Source: Longimicrobiales bacterium (GTDB taxonomy: Bacteria; Gemmatimonadota; Gemmatimonadetes; Longimicrobiales; Gaopeijiaceae). From it: DNA of 64,000 nt. A program made the translations under genes and the position numbers. The number at the start of each line of letters is the position of its first letter. The first letter of the stretch is position 1. The notes beneath the pieces are model-generated. The model was not told the origin of the DNA. It was given only the letters and a program-made list of their open reading frames with translations, and searched no databases. This document shows, piece by piece, positions 11,049 to 18,830 of this stretch. The stretch lies in assembly GCA_963664435.2 (NCBI GenBank), contig CAXXKM010000003.1:192001-256000 (forward strand). The letters run 5' to 3'.

Positions 11049-12443
11049 TCAATCGATGTCCGGAAGGCATGCTCGAACCACGTGCTCCACGAGCAGGTTT
11101 TCCTCCTCGGGCTCGATTGTGCGCAGGTCGAGACCGAGGCGGTCCTTCTCGACGGGCGCGAGCACGGAGGGTTCGCCACTTCTCAGGCGTCGAGCGACGG
11201 CGGACGCGGACCGTGCGCCGGTTTTCGGCTCCACTACGAACGTGTCCAGGGTGACCCCCGGACAGGTTCCGCCTCCCACGAGCGAACTCCCGGGACTCAC
11301 CCGGGCTTCCACGCCCCGAGCCTCCAGCGCGGCGGCCAGGCGCCGGGCGCGTCCGAGCAGCTCTTCCGGGGAGGAGGCGATCATGCGCAGCGCCGGGATT
11401 TCCCTCAGCGCGCGTCCGGGATCCCGGTAGAGACGCAGGGTCGCCTCCAGCCCGGCCAGCGTCACCTTGTCGACGCGCAGAGAGCGGCAGAGCGGGTTTT
11501 GCCTCATGTTCGCGATCGGTTCCTTCCGTCCCACGAGGATCCCGGCCTGCGGCCCCCCCAGCAGCTTGTCGCCGGAGAAGCCGACTACGTGCGCGCCGTT
11601 CGCCAGGCTGTCGGCCACCCGCGTTTCGCCCGGAAGGCCGAGTGCGGCCGGATCCATCATCAGGCCGGTGCCGAGGTCGTGGAAGAAGTGGACTCCCAGG
11701 CGGTCGGCCAGTTTCGCCAGCTCGGCGACGCCGGCCTCCTCGGTGAACCCCTCGATGCGGAAGTTGGAGCGGTGGACCTTGAGCAGCGCCGCGACATCGC
11801 CCGTGTCGAGTGCTGCCTCGTAATCGGCGATGCGGGTGCGGTTGGTGGAGCCCACCTCCCGCAGCCGGACCCCGCTGCGGACAAGGATTTCGGGGATGCG
11901 GAAGCCGCCCCCGATCTCCACCAGTTCTCCCCGGGAGACCGCCACTTCCTTCCCCGCAGCCAGCGTGTTCATACCCAGCACCAGCGCGCCGGCAGCGTTG
12001 TTGACCACGAGCGCGGCCGCGGCTCCGGTGAGCTCCCGAAGCAGTTGTACGCAGTGCACGTAGCGCGATCCGCGGCTCCCGCGCTCCAGGTCGAACTCCA
12101 GGTTGCCGTACCCGCGCGCGGCGCGTGCCATGGCCGAGCGGGCGGCAGGCGCGATGGGCGCCCGGCCCAGGTTGGTGTGGAGCACCACGCCGGTGGCGTT
12201 GATGACCGGCCGCAGGGAGGGGATTCGGTCCAGGGCAAGCGCCTCTTCGACCTCGCGGGCGAGATCGCCGATGCGCGGGGGCGGACCGTCGGTTCGGCGC
12301 GCGAGATCCTCCCGGGCGTGGTCCAGCGCCGAGCGCAGATGGTGCAGGATCCGCTGGCGCGGATGTTCGGCGAGCAGCGCGGCGAAGGCGGTGGATGCCA
12401 GCACCCGGTCGACGCCGGGCAGATGGCGGCGCGGGTCGGTCAT
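11049..12443 (-). CDS. selA: L-seryl-tRNA(Sec) selenium transferase
   Basis: VINATGVVLHTNLGRAP, VVNNAA, SRGELVEIGGGFRIPE, FSGDKLLGGPQAG (PLP lysine), RVDK. Confidence 0.95.
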   Translation of the reverse strand: MTDPRRHLPGVDRVLASTAFAALLAEHPRQRILHHLRSALDHAREDLARRTDGPPPRIGDLAREVEEALALDRIPSLRPVINATGVVLHTNLGRAPIAPAARSAMARAARGYGNLEFDLERGSRGSRYVHCVQLLRELTGAAAALVVNNAAGALVLGMNTLAAGKEVAVSRGELVEIGGGFRIPEILVRSGVRLREVGSTNRTRIADYEAALDTGDVAALLKVHRSNFRIEGFTEEAGVAELAKLADRLGVHFFHDLGTGLMMDPAALGLPGETRVADSLANGAHVVGFSGDKLLGGPQAGILVGRKEPIANMRQNPLCRSLRVDKVTLAGLEATLRLYRDPGRALREIPALRMIASSPEELLGRARRLAAALEARGVEARVSPGSSLVGGGTCPGVTLDTFVVEPKTGARSASAVARRLRSGEPSVLAPVEKDRLGLDLRTIEPEEENLLVEHVVRACLPDID

Positions 12444-14203
12444 CGGATCGCGCGACGCAGAGGGCGAAGGGAGAACCGGTTCCGTGCCGGCGGCATCCGG
12501 CCCCTCCTGCCGGGCCGGAGAAGAGCCGCGGTCGCAGGGATCGAGACCGTGTCCCGGCGCAACGAATCTCCGGGTGGTGCCGATACCGTGTCCCTGCCCC
12601 CGGAGTCGGCGGCCGGCGGGGAAATCGTGTCCCTGCGCACAGAGTCGGCGGCGGGCGAGGGAATGGTGTCCCTCCGAACGGAGTCGGCCGGGAGTGACGG
12701 AACGGTGTCGCGCGCGGCCGAGTCCGCCGGGACGGTCACCGTGTCGCCGGGCGTCGCTTCCGCGGGCGCGGCCTCCTCCGGCGGGATGGTGTCGCGTCCC
12801 GCCGTGTCGACGGGAGGGGGCGTGCCGTCCGGGGCCGCCGCGGGGATGGTATCCCGTGGAACACTGTCCGCCTCGGCCTGGACGGTGTCTTCGGGCGGCG
12901 GCGGTGGGGCGGGACGGCTGAATTCGACGGTTCCCCCCCCTCCATCCACGCCGTTGATGTTGGTGATGTTCGATACCTCGACCTCGTACGGAATCTCGGG
13001 GACCAGCACTCCGTCCAGAATGACGATGAAGGTCTGCTGAGCTGTGGGCCGTCCCCCTTCCACCTCTTCGGCTGCCCCCGCCCCCGGTTCCGCGGGTGCC
13101 GGCGGTGGGTCCGCTGCCGCTTCCGCCTCCGCCGGCGCTGGCGTGAGTTCGGGATCGGCCGCTGCCGTCGTATCCCCCGGGGCGGCTTCCGCCTGGGCCA
13201 CCGAATCCGCCCGGGCCTGCTCCACGCTGTCCCGGACCGCCTGTTCCCGTGCAAGACTGTCCGCTAGCGCGCTCCGATACGCTTCGGCCTCGTGTGGATG
13301 GAGGACGGCGAGGGGCCGGGGTGCCTCTACGCTGTCGGAGGTGAGCACGACGCGCACATCGTCCAGCGGCAGTTCCGGATCCAGGTAGTCGTCGAGAGAA
13401 ACGCTGAGGCTGATCGAGTCGTCCACGATGACGCGCGCAAGCCGGGCCGACGTGGTGTCCCGGGCCAGCAGCGCCACCTCGAGCACGATCGCGGTGTCGG
13501 CGGCCTCGCCGTCGCCGTCCAGCAGTGCCGGACGCGTCCCCTGGGGTTCGGTGAAGTCCGCCTGGGCGTTGCGGTTGCGGTCAAGGTAGGCGTTCAACAC
13601 GAAATCGCCGGCAGGCAGGTAGCGCAGGGCGAAGATCCCGGTGCTGTCGGTGACGGCGGTGTGCACCACGTCGCTTCCGGCGACCGCCGCATCCACCCGC
13701 GCGTCACGGAGCGGCTCGCCTGTGAGCCGGTCGATGACCGAGCCGGCAACGACATTGGGGGTGAACTCCGGCCCGGTCGAGAAAAACAGCTCGAACGGTT
13801 CCTGAAGGGAATTGCCGAACATGTCCTGAATGACCGGCAGCACCGTCACGCGGTAGACGTGCCCGGCCTCGAATCCGCCCGGCACGCGCACCGTGAGCCC
13901 CTCGCGCCCATGCGACACCCGCACCTCGCCCGACGCCGGCGACACCACCACGGACTGATCCAGGGTGCCCGCGCTGGGCCGCTCGCTGATGCGCTCGCTG
14001 AACCGGAGGGTAATGGGCGAACGGAAGGGTTCCACGGTGGAGAAGGTATCCGGCTCGCTCAGGATCACGATCGGGGGGAGCCGGTCGGGAGGGCCGCCGG
14101 GAGGCGTTGCCTCGCGCGCGCAGCCGGCCATCAGCGCGGCGAGCAGAGCGGGCAGGAGCAGGGACGCCCGCGCTGTCGACCCGTTGCCGACCGCGGCGCT
14201 CAC
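12440..14203 (-). CDS. Lipoprotein with bacterial Ig-like (Big_5-like) and carboxypeptidase-regulatory-like domains and a repetitive tail
   Basis: Lipobox LMAG-C followed by A...PPGGPPD..PP, then F.E...Y.V...I.D.FGN; GTG start overlapping the valS stop. Confidence 0.8.
   Translation of the reverse strand: MSAAVGNGSTARASLLLPALLAALMAGCAREATPPGGPPDRLPPIVILSEPDTFSTVEPFRSPITLRFSERISERPSAGTLDQSVVVSPASGEVRVSHGREGLTVRVPGGFEAGHVYRVTVLPVIQDMFGNSLQEPFELFFSTGPEFTPNVVAGSVIDRLTGEPLRDARVDAAVAGSDVVHTAVTDSTGIFALRYLPAGDFVLNAYLDRNRNAQADFTEPQGTRPALLDGDGEAADTAIVLEVALLARDTTSARLARVIVDDSISLSVSLDDYLDPELPLDDVRVVLTSDSVEAPRPLAVLHPHEAEAYRSALADSLAREQAVRDSVEQARADSVAQAEAAPGDTTAAADPELTPAPAEAEAAADPPPAPAEPGAGAAEEVEGGRPTAQQTFIVILDGVLVPEIPYEVEVSNITNINGVDGGGGTVEFSRPAPPPPPEDTVQAEADSVPRDTIPAAAPDGTPPPVDTAGRDTIPPEEAAPAEATPGDTVTVPADSAARDTVPSLPADSVRRDTIPSPAADSVRRDTISPPAADSGGRDTVSAPPGDSLRRDTVSIPATAALLRPGRRGRMPPARNRFSLRPLRRAIR
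12546..12745 (-). repeat. Coding tandem repeat, about 5 degenerate 39-bp units (13 aa, ADSxxRDT[IV])
   Basis: Plus-strand units begin at 12546, 12585, 12624, 12663, 12702 and (36 bp later) 12738, each starting A(C/T)(C/G)GTGTC. Confidence 0.85.
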
Positions 14204-16953
14204 CGGTCCGCCAGCGCCGCCAGCTTCTCCTGCAGCTTGTCGTGCTGTTCGCGGAAACTGGCGAGCTTTTCGCGCTCGCGGGCCACAACCCGCTCGGGAG
14301 CGCGCTCGAGAAAGTTCCGGTTGGCCAGCTTGCGCCGGGCCCCGTTCATCTGCCCGCCCAGGCGGGCTACCTCCTTTCGCAGGCGCTGCCGTTCGCGCTC
14401 CAGGTCGATTACCCCCTCGAGCGGAATGAAGACTTCGGCGCCGTTCTGCAGGATCGCATGCGCGCCCACGCCGCGAGGCCGCCCGTCGAGCATCACCGAC
14501 TTCACGCGCGCGAGTCGCGTGATCGCCTCTTCCCCGGCGGCCAGCGTTTCCGCGAACCCGGACGGCACGGCGGTGAGGACGATCGTCACCGGCCGGCCTT
14601 CCCGGACCCCGTATTCCTTGCGCAGGCGACGCACCCCGGTGATGAGTTCCTGCAGAGCCCTCACCTCCCGTTCCACCGCGGGAGCCTCCCACCGCGGCTG
14701 CGCTTCAGGCCACGGGGCCACCATCAGCGCGGGCGCGCGTTCGGCGCCTTCGGGCAATCGCAATCGTTCCCACAGCGCCTCGGTGACGAAGGGGACGACG
14801 GGATGGAGCAGCCTCAGAACGGTGTCGAAGGCGTGGGCCAGCGCGGCCCGGGCTGCCTCCCGGCTGGCTTCGCCCGCATCGCCGCGAAGGCGAGGCTTGA
14901 CCATCTCCAGGTACCAGTCGGCGAATTCGCCCCAGAAGAGCTGGCGCAGCCGCTCCGCAGCCTCGTGCAGCCGGAATGCCGCGAGCGCCTGCGTCACCTC
15001 CCGACAGGAGACCGACAATCGCGACAGCATCCAGCGGTCGGCCAACTCCAGGTCCGCCTCCACATCTTCGGGACGCGGCGGCGGCTCGTCTCCGAGATTG
15101 GCAAGCGTGAAGCGGCCCGCGTTCCAGAGCTTGTTGGCGAAATTGCGTCCGGGGGCGAACGATGCCTCCAGATCGGTGTGATCCAGCCGGATATCCGCTC
15201 CCACCCCGCACTCAGCCACCATCGTATAGCGCAGCGCGTCGGCGCCGAAGCGTCGCACCACTTCGAGCGGATCGATCCCGTTGCCGCGGGATTTGGACAT
15301 CTTGTGCCCGGTGATGTCACGCACGGTTCCGTGCAGATACACCTCGGTGAAGGGCGTCTCGCCCATGAACTCGAAGCCGGACATGATCATCCGGGCGACC
15401 CAGAAAAAGAGGATCTCCGGGGCCGTGGAGAGCACATGCCCGGGATAGAAGGCGCGGAGGTCATCGGATTCCTCGGGCCAGCCGAACACCGAGAAGGGCC
15501 AGAGCCAGGACGAGAACCAGGTGTCCAGCACGTCGGGATCCTGCTCCAGGTCCGGGGAGCCGCAGGCCGGGCAGACATCCGGGTCCTCCAGGGCGGCGAA
15601 GACGTTGCCGCACCCGCAGTACCAGACCGGGATGCGGTGCCCCCACCACAGCTGCCGCGAGACGCACCAGTCGCGGATGTTCTCCATCCACTTCTCATAG
15701 TCGTTGCGGCGTCGCGCGGGGATGAAGTTCACGACGCCGTCGCGCGAGGCCTGGAGCGCGGGTTCGGCGAGCGGCTTCATGCGCACGAACCACTGCTTGC
15801 TCAACCGGGGTTCGACCACCGTGTCGCAGCGATAGCAGCGGGGTACGGTGTGCACATGCGGCTTCGATCCCGCCAACAGCTCCGCCTCCTCCAGGGCCTT
15901 CAGCACCGCGCGGCGGCCTTCCCCGCGACCCATCCCGCGGAAGGCCGGAGGAGCGTTCTCGTTCAGGCGCGCGTCCCGGGTGAGGATGTTGAGCAGCGGA
16001 GCTCCTGAGCGGCGCGAGATCTCGAAATCGTTGATATCGTGCGCGGGGGTGACCTTGACCATCCCGGTGCCGAAGTCCCGATCCACGAAGTCGTCGCCGA
16101 CGATCGGGATGCGACGCTCGGCCAGCGGGAGCACGGCATGTGCGCCGATCAATGCGGCATATCGTTCGTCCGCCGGGTTCACGGCTACGGCGGTGTCGCC
16201 CAGCATGGTCTCGGGGCGGGTCGTGGAAACCGTCAGGTACCAGGACCCATCGTCCGCCCGGCCCAGCGAACCGCCCAGCGCGCGGGCTTCGGCGGCGCGT
16301 TCCCATGCCGTCTCTTCCAGAGGATAGCGCAGGTCGTAGAGCGTCCCCTCGACCTCGTGCCCTTCGGCTTCCTCGTTGGAAAGCGCCGTCAGGCAGCGCG
16401 GACACCAGTTCACGATGTACTCGCCGCGATAGACCAGGCCCTTCTCGAAGAGGCGCACGAACACGGTGCGCACGGCCTTGCTCAGCGCCGGCTCCAGTGT
16501 GAAGCGGGTGCGCTCCCAGTCGCAGGAACAGCCGATCGCGCGCAGCTGCTCGAGGATTTGGCCGCCGGTCCTGTCGATCCATTCCCAGGTGCGCGCGAGG
16601 AACGCCTCCCGGCCGAGATCGTGGCGGGTCCTGCCCTCCGCGGCGAGCTGGCGCTCGACCACGTTCTGGGTGGCGATGCCTGCATGGTCGGTGCCCGGGA
16701 CCCACAGGGCCGCCCTGCCCTGCATGCGGCGCCACCGCACCAGGACATCCTGGATGGTGTTGTTGAGCCCGTGCCCCATGTGCAGGACCGCGGTCACATT
16801 CGGGGGCGGGATGACGACCACGAAGGGCTCGGTACCCTGCTCGCGGGCCCGCTCGGCGGTCATGCGGAAGTACCCGCCGTCGAGCCAGCGGCGGTAGATG
16901 CGAGGCTCGATCGTGCCGGGATCGAGACGGGGCGGCAGGTTCAGGTCGGTCAT
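14200..16953 (-). CDS. valS: Valine--tRNA ligase
   Basis: PPPNVT..LHMGH, DHAGIATQ, DVLDTWFSS, KMSKS, C-terminal coiled coil; start MTDLNL at 16953. Confidence 0.98.
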   Translation of the reverse strand: MTDLNLPPRLDPGTIEPRIYRRWLDGGYFRMTAERAREQGTEPFVVVIPPPNVTAVLHMGHGLNNTIQDVLVRWRRMQGRAALWVPGTDHAGIATQNVVERQLAAEGRTRHDLGREAFLARTWEWIDRTGGQILEQLRAIGCSCDWERTRFTLEPALSKAVRTVFVRLFEKGLVYRGEYIVNWCPRCLTALSNEEAEGHEVEGTLYDLRYPLEETAWERAAEARALGGSLGRADDGSWYLTVSTTRPETMLGDTAVAVNPADERYAALIGAHAVLPLAERRIPIVGDDFVDRDFGTGMVKVTPAHDINDFEISRRSGAPLLNILTRDARLNENAPPAFRGMGRGEGRRAVLKALEEAELLAGSKPHVHTVPRCYRCDTVVEPRLSKQWFVRMKPLAEPALQASRDGVVNFIPARRRNDYEKWMENIRDWCVSRQLWWGHRIPVWYCGCGNVFAALEDPDVCPACGSPDLEQDPDVLDTWFSSWLWPFSVFGWPEESDDLRAFYPGHVLSTAPEILFFWVARMIMSGFEFMGETPFTEVYLHGTVRDITGHKMSKSRGNGIDPLEVVRRFGADALRYTMVAECGVGADIRLDHTDLEASFAPGRNFANKLWNAGRFTLANLGDEPPPRPEDVEADLELADRWMLSRLSVSCREVTQALAAFRLHEAAERLRQLFWGEFADWYLEMVKPRLRGDAGEASREAARAALAHAFDTVLRLLHPVVPFVTEALWERLRLPEGAERAPALMVAPWPEAQPRWEAPAVEREVRALQELITGVRRLRKEYGVREGRPVTIVLTAVPSGFAETLAAGEEAITRLARVKSVMLDGRPRGVGAHAILQNGAEVFIPLEGVIDLERERQRLRKEVARLGGQMNGARRKLANRNFLERAPERVVAREREKLASFREQHDKLQEKLAALADR

Positions 16954-17756
16954 GTCCCCGGCGGGCGTCGCACCGAATCCCCGCGCGCAGCCGCGCGCTC
17001 CGCGTCCACCCGCGCGCGGATGGCGCGCTGGCGATCCTTCCAGGACTGCTCGACGGCGGCTGCGATCGCGCCCCGCTCGAGCTCCATCCATTCCCAGTCG
17101 CGTTCACGCAGTTCGTTGATGCGCGACGGGTTGGGACCAAAGTTGAAGGGGAGCGGGAGGGTGATGTCGCCCAGGTGGATCTTGCCTGGCGAAAATCCCC
17201 AGCGGCCCCCGTCTCCGTCCGTATAGGTCCAGTCCATCGCGGCGACCCGGGCGGCTTCCGCGGTCGTGATCGAGTCGATCCAGAGGTCGAGGACCGCGGC
17301 CATCTGGAAGCGGGCGCGCTCCTCGAGGGTGAGGTCGAGCAGCGCCGGGTCGATGGGACGCCACACCTCGGGGTTGTTCATGAAGGGCCGCAATCTTTCG
17401 GCGGCGGTGCGCGGGTCGCCGGCCGGGACCTCGACGTCGGCCACGATGACCCCGGGGTTCGCATCCTCCGGGAGCGCCGGTTCCTCGGGCGCGGGGGCCA
17501 CCTCCGGCTCGGGATCGGGAGCAGGCTCCGGAGTCGCCTCGTCGAGTTCGAGCAGCTGCACGACCTGCATGCCGTCCTGGCTGGCCGGGACGAAGACCGG
17601 CACGGGTGCGGCAGGGGGGGCCGTCTCGGGTTTCCAGGTCGGGTAGATCAGAATCACGATCGCGTGCGTTGCGACGGAGATGGCTGCCGCGACCCAGCGC
17701 ACCCACCGGGGAGCCCCGGAGGAGGCGATCGAGCGGGCCGGCGGCGCATCCCTCAT
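16950..17756 (-). CDS. Hypothetical membrane-anchored protein with Pro/Glu-rich linker
   Basis: N-terminal TM segment (AAAISVATHAIVILI), PEPAPDPEP linker, C-terminal DWTYTD.DG.RWG.SPG.IHLG; overlaps both neighbours by 1-4 bp. Confidence 0.75.
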   Translation of the reverse strand: MRDAPPARSIASSGAPRWVRWVAAAISVATHAIVILIYPTWKPETAPPAAPVPVFVPASQDGMQVVQLLELDEATPEPAPDPEPEVAPAPEEPALPEDANPGVIVADVEVPAGDPRTAAERLRPFMNNPEVWRPIDPALLDLTLEERARFQMAAVLDLWIDSITTAEAARVAAMDWTYTDGDGGRWGFSPGKIHLGDITLPLPFNFGPNPSRINELRERDWEWMELERGAIAAAVEQSWKDRQRAIRARVDAERAAARGDSVRRPPGT

Positions 17757-18394
17757 CAGCTCGAATCGACCTCCTCCACCGCCACCGGGTTGGCGACCGT
17801 TCCCACACCCGGGATCTCGACCTCGACCCGGTCGCCTGGCGCAAGCGGGCCGATGCCGTCGGGCGTGCCCGTCGCGATCAGGTCTCCCGGCTCGAGGGTC
17901 ATGACCGCGGTGATGAACCGGACCAGCTCAGGGATCGGGAACACCATTGTGTTCACATGGGCGTGCTGGCGCACGCTCCCGTTGACCCGCGTGATCACCT
18001 CGAGCTCCCCCACATCCACGTCCGCTGCCGGGACCGGTTCACCCACCGGGCAGAAGGTGTCGAAGCTCTTGGCGCGGGTCCACTGTCCGTCCCTGCGCTG
18101 CAGATCGCGCGCGGTCACGTCGTTCAACGGCACGATGGCGTCGACCACGTCCCATGCGTCCTCGCGCGCGACCCGGCGGGCGCGCTTCCCCACCACCAGT
18201 GCGATCTCTCCCTCGTAGTCCACGCGCCCCGCCCACGGCGGCATCCGGATGGTCTCGCCGGAGGCCAGAAGGGAGGAAACCGGCTTCAGGAAGATGATCG
18301 GCTCGGGGGGAACTTCGGTGCCCAGCTCCTGTGCGTGGAGCGCGTAGTTCTTTCCTACGCACACGATCTTGGTCGGGGTACGCTGTAGGCTCAT
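17756..18394 (-). CDS. Fumarylacetoacetate hydrolase family protein
   Basis: KIVCVGKNY..H..E, DYEGE, NDVTARDLQ, AKSFDTFCP, GDLIATGTP. Confidence 0.95.
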   Translation of the reverse strand: MSLQRTPTKIVCVGKNYALHAQELGTEVPPEPIIFLKPVSSLLASGETIRMPPWAGRVDYEGEIALVVGKRARRVAREDAWDVVDAIVPLNDVTARDLQRRDGQWTRAKSFDTFCPVGEPVPAADVDVGELEVITRVNGSVRQHAHVNTMVFPIPELVRFITAVMTLEPGDLIATGTPDGIGPLAPGDRVEVEIPGVGTVANPVAVEEVDSS

Positions 18395-18485
18395 GTGGAC
18401 GCGCCCGTGCTTTCAGTGGCTGAGGTGAACAGGGGTCGGGACATCGGGACCCGCCCGAGGCAGCGCCCGCGCGCGGTTTGGCCTT

Positions 18486-18701
18486 CTAACCGCCCGATGG
18501 CAGGCGGTTCCTCCGGCGCGTGTGCAGGAGCGTGCCGATCAACGCCCCCAGTCCGGCGATGGCCAGGAAGCCACCGATCACGGCCCACCAGAAGCCCAGG
18601 TCGGCGTGTCCGCCGGCCCATCCATCCACCGAATGGCCAAAGGCCAGGAAGGTGATGACCGCGTAGAAGGCTGCGACGAGAATGCCGGCGATCCGTTTCA
18701 T
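18486..18701 (-). CDS. Small two-TM membrane protein
   Basis: 71 aa, two hydrophobic segments, basic tail; fills the gap co-directionally. Confidence 0.65.
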   Translation of the reverse strand: MKRIAGILVAAFYAVITFLAFGHSVDGWAGGHADLGFWWAVIGGFLAIAGLGALIGTLLHTRRRNRLPSGG

Positions 18702-18830
18702 TGAATCCGGGCCCGATTTGGGTGCCGCGCAGAGGCCGATCCCCTGTCGCGTGAAGGGAAGACCGCGAACGCTGGTAATGTACCGGGTTGGCCGCGGGGG
18801 GAAAACTGCCGGCGGTGGCCGGACTGTCCC

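Noticed and set aside
12546..12745. 39-bp periodic repeat as a CRISPR array
   Set aside because: Degenerate in-frame coding repeat with no unique spacers and no cas genes
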